Below, piece after piece: positions 51,149-59,811 of a stretch of 64,000 nucleotides of DNA. A model generated the notes under the pieces. It did no database searches. It was not told the DNA's origin and was given only the letters and a program-made list of their open reading frames with translations. A program made the translations under genes and the position numbers. The stretch's first letter is position 1. Each line of letters begins with the position of its first letter. Source of the DNA: a bacterium (GTDB lineage Bacteria > Electryoneota > Electryoneia > Electryoneales > Electryoneaceae); the NCBI GenBank assembly GCA_963669175.1, contig OY769902.1:96001-160000 (forward strand). The letters run 5' to 3'.

Positions 51149-51330
51149 GTGGCAGGTCTTGGCGCGAAAGTCAGTTTTATCGCGCTGTGACCTGCCACTT
51201 GCCTCTACACCTCCCCCCCGTCAGATCACAATGTGATACCAGATCAGTTCGAAACGGCAGGGATACTTCCTTTGTCAAGTCCATTCTTTGAGACCCAACC
51301 TGAAATTAAACATCACATCAAGACCTGACG
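51149..51330. repeat. GGCAGGTC/GTCAG(G/A)TC hairpin doublet, mirror of 18545-18798
   Basis: GTGGCAGGTCTTG...TGTGACCTGCCAC (51149-51198) and CGTCAGATCACAATGTGAT...ATCACATCAAGACCTGACG (51219-51330). Confidence 0.88.
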
Positions 51331-51447
51331 GAACTTGGGAATTAAGTGATTGATATCCGGCAGGGCAACGGGATTATCCTTTCTAATTGCCGCGCACCTG
51401 ATAAAACCTTACTTTCCATGCAAATGTTAGTCAACCACGGGGAGAAG

Positions 51448-52044
51448 ATGACGTTCCAGGAATTTACTGCACTGGTCACCCAGACACGCACCATACGCCG
51501 TTTCAGGGAAGATCAGCCCATTTCACTTGAAACCCTGCATGAGCTTATTGACCTCGCGCGAGTTTCGCCATCCGGCAAAAACGCCCAGCCGATCCGTTTC
51601 ATCACCGTCACCGGCCCCAAAGCTCGAACCGAAGTGTTCGAACAGGTTGCCTGGGCGGGTGCGATCAAGGACTGGCCGGGGCCGGCTGAAGGCGAACGTC
51701 CCACAGCATATATCGTCATGCTCGAAGACAAGCAGGCCTATGGCGCCACTGTCCTGGAAGATGTCGGCATTGCGGCGCAGGTGATCATGCTGGGAGCGCG
51801 AGTTCTTGGCCTGGGTTGCTGCATGCTGGGATCAGTGAAACGTGAACATCTGCGAGCAACCTGGAACCTCCCGGAACATTACCGCATCCAACTTGTACTC
51901 GCATTGGGCGCTCCTGCGGAATATGTGCAACTGGAACCAATGCCCGAAAAGGGCAATGTCGATTACTGGCGTGATGTTGAAGGATTGCACCACGTCCCCA
52001 AGCATGACCTTGGCACCCTGATCCTCGAAGAAAAAACCGATTGA
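51448..52044 (+). CDS. Nitroreductase family protein
   Basis: RTIRRF, SPSGKNAQP, DVGIAAQ...LGA...GLGCC and LALG motifs. GGGGAG RBS precedes ATG 51448. Confidence 0.93.
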   Translation: MTFQEFTALVTQTRTIRRFREDQPISLETLHELIDLARVSPSGKNAQPIRFITVTGPKARTEVFEQVAWAGAIKDWPGPAEGERPTAYIVMLEDKQAYGATVLEDVGIAAQVIMLGARVLGLGCCMLGSVKREHLRATWNLPEHYRIQLVLALGAPAEYVQLEPMPEKGNVDYWRDVEGLHHVPKHDLGTLILEEKTD

Positions 52045-52051
52045 GGCGACG

Positions 52052-53752
52052 ATGAGCAAACAATTGATCCAACCGGCCGGCGGAAAACTGGTCAACCTGT
52101 TCCGGAACAACCGGGACATCGAGACGACGAAACGTGAATCCCTGGACTGGCCCAATTGGACATTGACTTCACGCCAGATCCGTGATCTGGAACTCCTCAG
52201 TAACGGCGGCTATTCTCCACTTGAAGGCTTCCTGTCACGCAAGGATTATGAATCCGTCCTCGATACACTTCATCTTGCCGATGGTACTTTCTGGCCGATG
52301 CCGATCATGCTGGATATAACCGAAGATCTGGCGACATCACTGAAGAAGGGCGACAAACTTGCCCTACGTGATACTGAAGGCGCAATGTTGGCCGTGGTGA
52401 CCGTTGCGGAAACCTGGCAGCCCGATCTGGACCATGAAGCAAAAGCCATTTTCGGCACATGCGACCAGAACAATGAAGCTGTACGTCAGTTCTTCAGCGA
52501 GACCAACCCCTGGTATCTCGGTGGCGTCCTCGATGTCATGCAGGAACCGATTCATTATGATTTCCTGCCTCTGCGTCATTCCCCGTCGGAACTGCGCAAC
52601 CTGTTCAGACGTATGGGTTGGCGTCGTGTGGTCGCTTACCAGGCGCGCCGTCCCATGCACCGTGCCGAAGTGCGCATGTGCTTCAAGGCTTCCGAGCAGA
52701 CCTCGGCCAATGTGCTGGTACATGCCATTGCCAACCGTCGTGAAGGGGCCGAGCAGGAGCATTTCTCTCGCATACGCAGTTTGCAGGCGTTGATGCCACG
52801 TTTCCCGCGTGGGCTCGCCATGCTGTCGCTGATGCCCTACCATGTGCGTCATGGCGGCGCTCGTGAGACCCTGTTGAGCGCATTGGTCCACCAGAACTAC
52901 GGGTGCAGCCACATGGTCCTCGGCCCGGAGCAGGCGGATTGCGATGTGGATGCCATGATGCCGACGGTCAAACAGTTCAAAGACGAACTAGCTATCGAAA
53001 TCCTGTCCATGCGGCCCATGGTATACGTGGAAGATGAAGCCACCTTCAAGGAAGAACATCTCGTTTCACCTGACGAAGCCCGGCGCACCCTGACCGAGAC
53101 CCAACTGATCCAGCGCCTGCGTGATGACCGTTTCATCCCCGAATGGTTCTCTTACCCGGAAGTGCTGGACGAACTGCGGCTGGTACACCGTCCACGCTCC
53201 CGCCAGGGAATTACCGTGTTCTTCACCGGGCTGTCCGGCTCAGGGAAATCTACCCTCGCCAACGCCCTGATGGTCAAGCTGATGCAACTGGGCAACCGTC
53301 CGGTTACGCTCCTTGACGGCGATATTGTCCGCAGCAACCTGTCCAGCGAGCTGGGATTTTCACGTGAGCATCGTGACCTGAACATCAAACGGATCGGCTT
53401 TGTCGCCAGCGAAATCACCAAGAACGGTGGCGTGGCTTTGTGTGCGCCGATTGCGCCGTACGATGAGATCCGGAAATCGGTCCGTGACACCATCGAAGCG
53501 GTCGGCGGGTTTATCCTGGTGCATGTCGCCACACCGTTGGAAGAATGCGAGAAACGTGACCGGAAAGGCCTCTACGCCAAAGCTCGCGCCGGGATCATCA
53601 AAGCCTTCACTGGCATCTCCGATCCCTACGAAGAACCGGCCGACGCCGAGCTGGTCATCGATACCACCGACCTGTCCCAGGTGGAAGCCACCCAGAAAAT
53701 CATGCTCTATCTCGAACAGCAGGGCTATATCAGTTCGGAAAGTGTGGGGTAG
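52052..53752 (+). CDS. cysC: Sulfate adenylyltransferase-like domain fused to adenylylsulfate kinase (Sat/CysC)
   Basis: N-terminal DLELL..GGYSPLEGF and WPMPI. C-terminal TGLSGSGKST, LDGD.VR, RDRKGLY.KA and FTGISDPYE. Confidence 0.9.
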   Translation: MSKQLIQPAGGKLVNLFRNNRDIETTKRESLDWPNWTLTSRQIRDLELLSNGGYSPLEGFLSRKDYESVLDTLHLADGTFWPMPIMLDITEDLATSLKKGDKLALRDTEGAMLAVVTVAETWQPDLDHEAKAIFGTCDQNNEAVRQFFSETNPWYLGGVLDVMQEPIHYDFLPLRHSPSELRNLFRRMGWRRVVAYQARRPMHRAEVRMCFKASEQTSANVLVHAIANRREGAEQEHFSRIRSLQALMPRFPRGLAMLSLMPYHVRHGGARETLLSALVHQNYGCSHMVLGPEQADCDVDAMMPTVKQFKDELAIEILSMRPMVYVEDEATFKEEHLVSPDEARRTLTETQLIQRLRDDRFIPEWFSYPEVLDELRLVHRPRSRQGITVFFTGLSGSGKSTLANALMVKLMQLGNRPVTLLDGDIVRSNLSSELGFSREHRDLNIKRIGFVASEITKNGGVALCAPIAPYDEIRKSVRDTIEAVGGFILVHVATPLEECEKRDRKGLYAKARAGIIKAFTGISDPYEEPADAELVIDTTDLSQVEATQKIMLYLEQQGYISSESVG

Positions 53753-53910
53753 AACCAGTGGACAGTTTCATCTAATGTGAGTGATACTGCTTGTCACCCC
53801 CTGACCGGCATCGCAGGTCAAAACAGTGATGCAGTTTCAACGTGTATTGCCATCAAGAGTGGATCGGGACTGAGTCGAGAGTTGTGCTTATGTAAGAGAG
53901 TGAAGCCTTT

Positions 53911-54010
53911 TCCCGATGCTCTCAAGAGTGTAGGTGCGAATGGCTACTTAAGAGGGAGTATTAAGCTTCACAGAGAGTGGAAACTGTATCGCGTTCGCAT
54001 CGGGCCACCC
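53911..54010 (-). repeat. 100-nt conserved-end element
   Basis: Minus strand reads GGGTGGCCCGATGCG...AATACTCCC...TGAGAGCATCGGGA. Confidence 0.8.
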
Positions 54011-54040
54011 GCCCTTCTATCATTATAATATAAATATTAG

Positions 54041-56263
54041 TTACATTGGGCTAATATCTTTGCGTTTTAACCTCTTCATTACCTTGTCTTCTGCTATAAT
54101 ATGTAAATATCCCACAGCCCGTGAAGCACCAACGTATATTTGTTTTTCTATCTCATCACTCATGGTAATAATAAATAGTATTATTCCATCTGATTCCATC
54201 CCTTTATACATCTCTATTGTATATATTGGTATCATATTATGCTTTTTTTTGTTTTCATGAAAGATTGGTAATACATTGTTATTCTGTGTTATATTTTTAA
54301 TATCTATTGACCATTTATATCCTGAATAATATTCTATTCTTTCTTGTAGCGTTGTTTCTCTTTGAATAATAATTGGTTTTTCTTCGCTTTTATATTGCCT
54401 CTTAACAGTTGTTTCGCTAAATATCTCAACTTTATTTTCCTTTAATATCATTTTATAAGTACTATTATTTCTAGTTTTACCATATATTTTTATTAATATT
54501 TTTGATATGTTGTTTATTTCTTGTATATCCGACTCTGAAGGTGTTGTTCCTTGAGACAATAAAGGAATTTTTAAATATTTATTAATATGTTCTCTTTTAG
54601 ATATGCCATATTTGTCATAAATATCATGCTTTATTTTATTTTTCAAAATTGTGTTCATACCTATTTGCTTTAAACTAAGCTTTTTATTGCTTGTATCATA
54701 TCTATTGTATTTGATTGTATTGTTATAAATGTCATTTATTTCCTTATCTATTTTATCAATTACAATTTTTTTCATGTCGTTTATGTCATCAGTGATAAAC
54801 TTCTGCCAAGTATCCTTTGGTATATAAACATTATCCAATTTAAGCAATATGCTATTTTCAATGCTTGGTTCGTTCGTTAATATCTTTATATTATCATAGC
54901 GTATGTATTTTTTTATTTCTTCAATCGATTCCTCTATTATATTGTTAATGTTATCAAGCTTATTGAAAGAACTAATTTTAACAATACCTTCATCTTCAAG
55001 CATTTTATTAGTAGATGGCGCATTTTTGTTAAATCTACGAACAATATCAAATATCTTACCTGCGTTACGGCAATTTTTTGAAATGATCATAGGATCGTTA
55101 TTGATAAGCATAATTTTTCTTAAAGGCAATAAAGACTGTATGTCATCATAAAATATATATAACATAGCATCATTGTTGTTATCAATAAGTGCCTCAATAA
55201 TACACCACCAACTGTATCTAAAATCCTGTCCTTCATCGACTATAATAGCATCATATTTCAAATGATTATTTTTATATATTTTATTGATCGCTGTATAAAT
55301 GTCTTCATCGGTAGGTTCAATTTTATTATTCCAAAAAGAATTGTAGATAAATTCCTTATTAATCAATCTGTAAATATAATTTGTGATATCAAAAACATCA
55401 ATATCAGTAAGACTAGTCATGTTACGTATATAGCAAGAAAGCAAAGGGTTATGACATAACAATAATGTTTTAATACCAGCATTGTCAAGTCTTAATGCCT
55501 TTTCAGTTGCAACAAGAGTTTTACCTGACCCAGCACATCCAGAAATAAGTGCTTTTTTAGTATATCTAAAACAATGCATCATGTTGTATTGTTCATTGGT
55601 CAAGTAATCAACATTTTTTCTTATTGTGTCCATAAATGATGTAATAGAATAAGAAAAACGATCGCTTTCAGGGTTTAGTAATTCTTCATAAATAATATTT
55701 CTGAAATCATCCTTATCGAACATAATATCGGAAAGTGAATTAATAAGGGAAGATTTAAAATTATCAAGGTCAGTTTTGCTAGGTATAGAAGCTCTAAAAT
55801 TTTGTAAATATTTTATTATATAAATTAATCCTTCTTCTTTAGTTAATGTATTGTAAAATAATAATTCATATTGATTAAGGCAATCACTTATTATAGAAGA
55901 GGCCAATCTAATATTGTTAACATTGTATTCTGTCATAAATCTATCAGTAAAAGATTGTTTAAATTCATCACGATTAAAATCCTTAATATCTAAATAATTA
56001 ACATCTGTAATAGATTTAATAATATTAAAAAGTTTGTGCTTGTCTTTAGAAACTTCTTCAATTACTAAATTGATATCATTCTTGCCAAAATCATCAACAC
56101 TAGCAAAATTGTGTTTTAGAGCTGAAATGAAAGAATTAAAGAAATGATCTTCGAAAACAGTGAGGTCATGAGAAGAAAGCTTATTTGCTAAAAAACCAGC
56201 ATGAAGACTAGCTAAAAAACTCAAAGGATAACCGAGTAGTAAAGAAAGGATTTGAAGGTCCAT
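54041..56263 (-). CDS. AT-rich SF1 (UvrD/DUF2075-like) helicase/ATPase with an unknown helical N-terminal domain
   Basis: Walker A GCAGSGKT, LLCHN, Walker B IIVDEGQD, FYDDIQ, KNCRN, TIEMYKGMESD and YVGASRA. Start taken at ATG 56263 after AGGA. Confidence 0.85.
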   Translation of the reverse strand: MDLQILSLLLGYPLSFLASLHAGFLANKLSSHDLTVFEDHFFNSFISALKHNFASVDDFGKNDINLVIEEVSKDKHKLFNIIKSITDVNYLDIKDFNRDEFKQSFTDRFMTEYNVNNIRLASSIISDCLNQYELLFYNTLTKEEGLIYIIKYLQNFRASIPSKTDLDNFKSSLINSLSDIMFDKDDFRNIIYEELLNPESDRFSYSITSFMDTIRKNVDYLTNEQYNMMHCFRYTKKALISGCAGSGKTLVATEKALRLDNAGIKTLLLCHNPLLSCYIRNMTSLTDIDVFDITNYIYRLINKEFIYNSFWNNKIEPTDEDIYTAINKIYKNNHLKYDAIIVDEGQDFRYSWWCIIEALIDNNNDAMLYIFYDDIQSLLPLRKIMLINNDPMIISKNCRNAGKIFDIVRRFNKNAPSTNKMLEDEGIVKISSFNKLDNINNIIEESIEEIKKYIRYDNIKILTNEPSIENSILLKLDNVYIPKDTWQKFITDDINDMKKIVIDKIDKEINDIYNNTIKYNRYDTSNKKLSLKQIGMNTILKNKIKHDIYDKYGISKREHINKYLKIPLLSQGTTPSESDIQEINNISKILIKIYGKTRNNSTYKMILKENKVEIFSETTVKRQYKSEEKPIIIQRETTLQERIEYYSGYKWSIDIKNITQNNNVLPIFHENKKKHNMIPIYTIEMYKGMESDGIILFIITMSDEIEKQIYVGASRAVGYLHIIAEDKVMKRLKRKDISPM

Positions 56264-56279
56264 AGAATTCCTAAAGTAG

Positions 56280-56320
56280 AAAAAGATATTGGGGTGTTGT
56301 AAAAACAACAACCCCAATAT
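56280..56320 (-). terminator. Intrinsic terminator after fumC
   Basis: ATATTGGGG..TGTTGT/ACAACA..CCCCAATAT stem followed by CTTTTT on the minus strand. Confidence 0.75.
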
Positions 56321-56333
56321 AAAAAGTAAAATG

Positions 56334-57722
56334 CTACTTCGGTCCCACCATATTTTCCGGGCGGACTTTATCGTCGAACTCTTCGGCGGTCAGCAGGCCC
56401 AGGGCGATAGCGGCTTCTTTAAGAGTCGTGTTTTCAGCGTGGGCTTTTTTGGCGACCTTGGCGGCGTTGTCGTAGCCGATGTGTGGGTTCAGGGCTGTGA
56501 CCAGCATCAGGCTTTCACGCATGAGCTGTTCGATACGCGCTGTATTCGGTTCGATCCCCACCACGCAATTGTCGGTGAAGCTCACAGCCGCGTCACCGAT
56601 CAGGCGGATGGACTGCAGCAGGTTGAAGATCATGACCGGTTTGAAGACGTTCAGCTCAAAGTGACCGGTTGCGCCGCCGATGTTAATCGCAACGTCATTG
56701 CCCATGACTTGCGCGGCGACCATGGTCATCGCTTCGGACTGGGTCGGATTGACTTTGCCGGGCATGATGGAGCTGCCGGGCTCGTTGGCGGGCAGGTTCA
56801 GTTCGCCGATACCGCAACGTGGGCCGCTGCCCAGCATACGGATATCGTTGGCGATCTTCATCATACTGGCCGCACAGGTCTTCAACGCGCCGGAGGCCAT
56901 CACGATGGCGTCATGAGCGGCCAGCGCTTCAAACTTGTTCGGGGCGGTCACGAAGGGCAACCCGGTAATATCTGCAATGGCGGCAGCGGACTTGACGGCA
57001 AAATCTCTATGCGTGTTCAGCCCGGTACCGACAGCCGTTCCACCCAGCGCCAGTTCATACAGGTCGCCGAGGACCGCTTCAAAACGCTCCAGTGACTTGG
57101 TCATCTGGTGGGCGTAGCCGCTGAATTCCTGTCCCAGCGTGAGCGGAACCGCATCCATCAGGTGGGTACGTCCGATCTTGATGATGCTGTTGAACTCGTC
57201 GCTCTTGGCCTGCAAGGCATCACGCATCTTGGTGACACTCGGGATCAGGTGATGATAGAACCGTTCCGCCGCGGCGATGTGCATGCCGGTGGGGAAGGTG
57301 TCGTTGGAAGACTGCGCTTTGTTGACATCGTCGTTGGGGTGGATGGGTTTCTTGCTGCCCATGACACCGCCGGCCAGTTCGATGGCACGGTTGGCGATGA
57401 CTTCGTTGGAATTCATGTTGGTCTGTGTGCCGGATCCGGTCTGCCACACGACCAGCGGGAAATGGCTGTCGAGCTTGCCTTCGATGACCTCATCGGCGGC
57501 CTTGACAATCAGGTCGGCCTTTTCTTTCGGAAGGGTGCCGAGTTCGGCATTGGTCAGCGCTGCAGCTTTCTTCAAGATACCGAGCGCACGGATTAATTCG
57601 CGCGGCATGGTCTCGCCGCCGATCTTGAAATTCTGCAGGCTTCGAGCGGTCTGGGCGCCCCAGTACCGATCGGATGGGACCTGCATTTCGCCCATGGTAT
57701 CTTTTTCAATCCGGTAATCCAT
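56334..57722 (-). CDS. fumC: Class II fumarate hydratase
   Basis: [36 protein letters not shown] and [21 protein letters not shown] precedes ATG 57722. Confidence 0.98.
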   Translation of the reverse strand: MDYRIEKDTMGEMQVPSDRYWGAQTARSLQNFKIGGETMPRELIRALGILKKAAALTNAELGTLPKEKADLIVKAADEVIEGKLDSHFPLVVWQTGSGTQTNMNSNEVIANRAIELAGGVMGSKKPIHPNDDVNKAQSSNDTFPTGMHIAAAERFYHHLIPSVTKMRDALQAKSDEFNSIIKIGRTHLMDAVPLTLGQEFSGYAHQMTKSLERFEAVLGDLYELALGGTAVGTGLNTHRDFAVKSAAAIADITGLPFVTAPNKFEALAAHDAIVMASGALKTCAASMMKIANDIRMLGSGPRCGIGELNLPANEPGSSIMPGKVNPTQSEAMTMVAAQVMGNDVAINIGGATGHFELNVFKPVMIFNLLQSIRLIGDAAVSFTDNCVVGIEPNTARIEQLMRESLMLVTALNPHIGYDNAAKVAKKAHAENTTLKEAAIALGLLTAEEFDDKVRPENMVGPK

Positions 57723-58182
57723 CGCCTTCGTCCTCCCGTATAAGTTGAAACGACTGGCACACACTAAAAGTGGATCAGTCTGACTTGACCAATGCACACA
57801 GCATGTCGGTTTCCGAATCGTGCCGCTCCCCGGCAAGGGAAAAAGCACGGTTATCCATGTGCAATGATCCACGATACTTGCGAACCTGCAATATCGGAAA
57901 TGTTGCTGTACTACGCCACTGCTGGCCTCCAGAGAAAGTTCCGCTCTCAATAATTAATCGCAATTATTCCTGTTGATTTCCTTTGGGATTTTGTAGATTC
58001 TTTCAGGAATTACAGGGAACGCAACCTGACTTTTCCTGAGACACGGCTTCCTGAAACACGATTGCTTTTCCTGCTATCCCTGACCGTACGCGGCGAGTGA
58101 CAACAATGCGGTATCATGGGATGTCCAATTCAGCATTTTCTGAAGTTGACATACGATCGGGTAAAACCTTGTAGGAGGTAGC

Positions 58183-59385
58183 ATGCGCGCCTTTGTGATG
58201 AGTTGTATGCTGGGGGTAATGCTTATCGGGCTGTTTGTTCCGGTGGCGTTGGCAGGTGAAGTAACTTCGAAGTATGATGTCAATTTTTATGGTTTCCTCA
58301 AGTTCGAAACCTTCTATGACAACTCCCTGGTGAAACAGGGCGACTGGTTATTGTACTGCATGCCGGATGATCCCAATGCGGATGATAAGGTATTCAGCAT
58401 GAATGCCCGCCACAGCCGTATCGGGTTTGACTTCACCGGCCCGGCCGGGGATGGTCTGGATGTGAAAGCCAAGTTGGAAGCGGATTTCGCCGGTGGATTC
58501 CCCAATAGTTCCACAGCAGCACGTCAGCCGATCCTGCGCCTGCGTCATGCCTGGGTACAACTGGGCAATGACAAGTGGGAGGCACGTTTCGGTCAGGACT
58601 GGGCTCTGATCGCCGGTCCCTTCCCGAACACGACTTCGTTTGTGGTTGGTGCGGGAAAGGGCAACCTGTGGATGCGTTACCCGCAGGCGCGTTTCACCTA
58701 CAAGATGAACCCGTTGAAGATGGCGGTCAGCGTGAACCGTCCCATGGCCGGTAACATCAAGTACAACGACAATACCGGCGGCGATTTTGACATGGTCGGT
58801 GATGGTGAATTGTCCGGCCTGCCCTGGTTCATGGGGCGTGTCTGGTACACCATGGGCGCCACCACTTTCTCCGTTTCCGGGCATACAGGTGTAGAGAAGA
58901 TCAAGGACCTGGCAGGTGATCCGCATGATATGACCAGCTATTCGGCCAATGTTGACGTGGTGACCAAGGTCGGTCCGTTTGCGATCACCCTGCGTGGTTT
59001 CATGGGCGAGAACCTGAACAGCTTCTTCGGCGGTGTCTTTCAGGGCTATGTCGCCGGCGCCAATGATGTGACCAACATTGCCTCCATGGGCGGCTGGGGC
59101 CAGGTGATGTATACCATGAACGAATCCTGGAAACTGGGTGTCGGCGGCGGATTTGATGATCCCGACGAAGCGGACCTCGCCGATTGCGATATCGCCAACG
59201 ACAAGTACTCCCGGGATCGAAACGACTGGTTCTTCGGCAATGTAACCTATACCTACAACCCGGCCGTCTCTTTCATGCTGGAAGGGGAATACCTGAAAAC
59301 GTCCTACATGGATGACGTCTCCGGCGCGGCAGTCGATCCAGGGGATAACCTGCGGATCATGTTCGTGACCTATTATAAGTTCTAG
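58183..59385 (+). CDS. Outer-membrane beta-barrel porin (DcaP-like)
   Basis: Signal peptide, FYGFLK, ARHSRIG, EADF, LRLRHAW, GQDW and C-terminal YKF. AGGAGG RBS. Confidence 0.88.
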   Translation: MRAFVMSCMLGVMLIGLFVPVALAGEVTSKYDVNFYGFLKFETFYDNSLVKQGDWLLYCMPDDPNADDKVFSMNARHSRIGFDFTGPAGDGLDVKAKLEADFAGGFPNSSTAARQPILRLRHAWVQLGNDKWEARFGQDWALIAGPFPNTTSFVVGAGKGNLWMRYPQARFTYKMNPLKMAVSVNRPMAGNIKYNDNTGGDFDMVGDGELSGLPWFMGRVWYTMGATTFSVSGHTGVEKIKDLAGDPHDMTSYSANVDVVTKVGPFAITLRGFMGENLNSFFGGVFQGYVAGANDVTNIASMGGWGQVMYTMNESWKLGVGGGFDDPDEADLADCDIANDKYSRDRNDWFFGNVTYTYNPAVSFMLEGEYLKTSYMDDVSGAAVDPGDNLRIMFVTYYKF

Positions 59386-59414
59386 GTCGCCTCTATATGT
59401 CTTGTTGAAACATC

Positions 59415-59449
59415 AACCACCCTGCTGTCTCTTCGGCGGGGTGGTTTTT
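59415..59449 (+). terminator. Intrinsic terminator after the porin
   Basis: AACCACCCTGCTG...CGGCGGGGTGGTT stem followed by a T-run. Confidence 0.85.
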
Positions 59450-59554
59450 GTTGTATTCACAGGATGGACAGGATGATAAGGAATGAACAGGATAAGGGAT
59501 TTTTCTGTTATTGGCGGGGGAGCCTGTAGGTTTCCAGCAGTTCTGTACATGAAC

Positions 59555-59653
59555 GTATGGCCCGATTTGCCGGATGTGTAGCATGATACTCTCGAAATGT
59601 TGACAACATTTGTGGGGTGTCGTCTTGTGATGTGAATGACGAGCAAGTCGGGA
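59555..59653 (+). repeat. 99-nt conserved-end element
   Basis: GTATGGCCCGATTTGC...GAGCAAGTCGGGA, with a loop related to 34837-34934. Confidence 0.85.
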
Positions 59654-59811
59654 TTGTGGGAGCCTGGGTGACCTGATGCAATTGTCCTGCAACAGCGCGG
59701 CGCCTCTTCTCTTGTTCAGATTCAAATATCTCGTAGCATGACTTGTTTTTAGTTTCGAGTCCAATCTAGTTTATATATGAGGTCTAATAAAAAGAATGAT
59801 GGGAGACGGAT

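Noticed and set aside
57723-57950. N-terminal extension of FumC in the ORF track
   Set aside because: Family similarity begins at MDYRIEKD, which has a GGAGG RBS.
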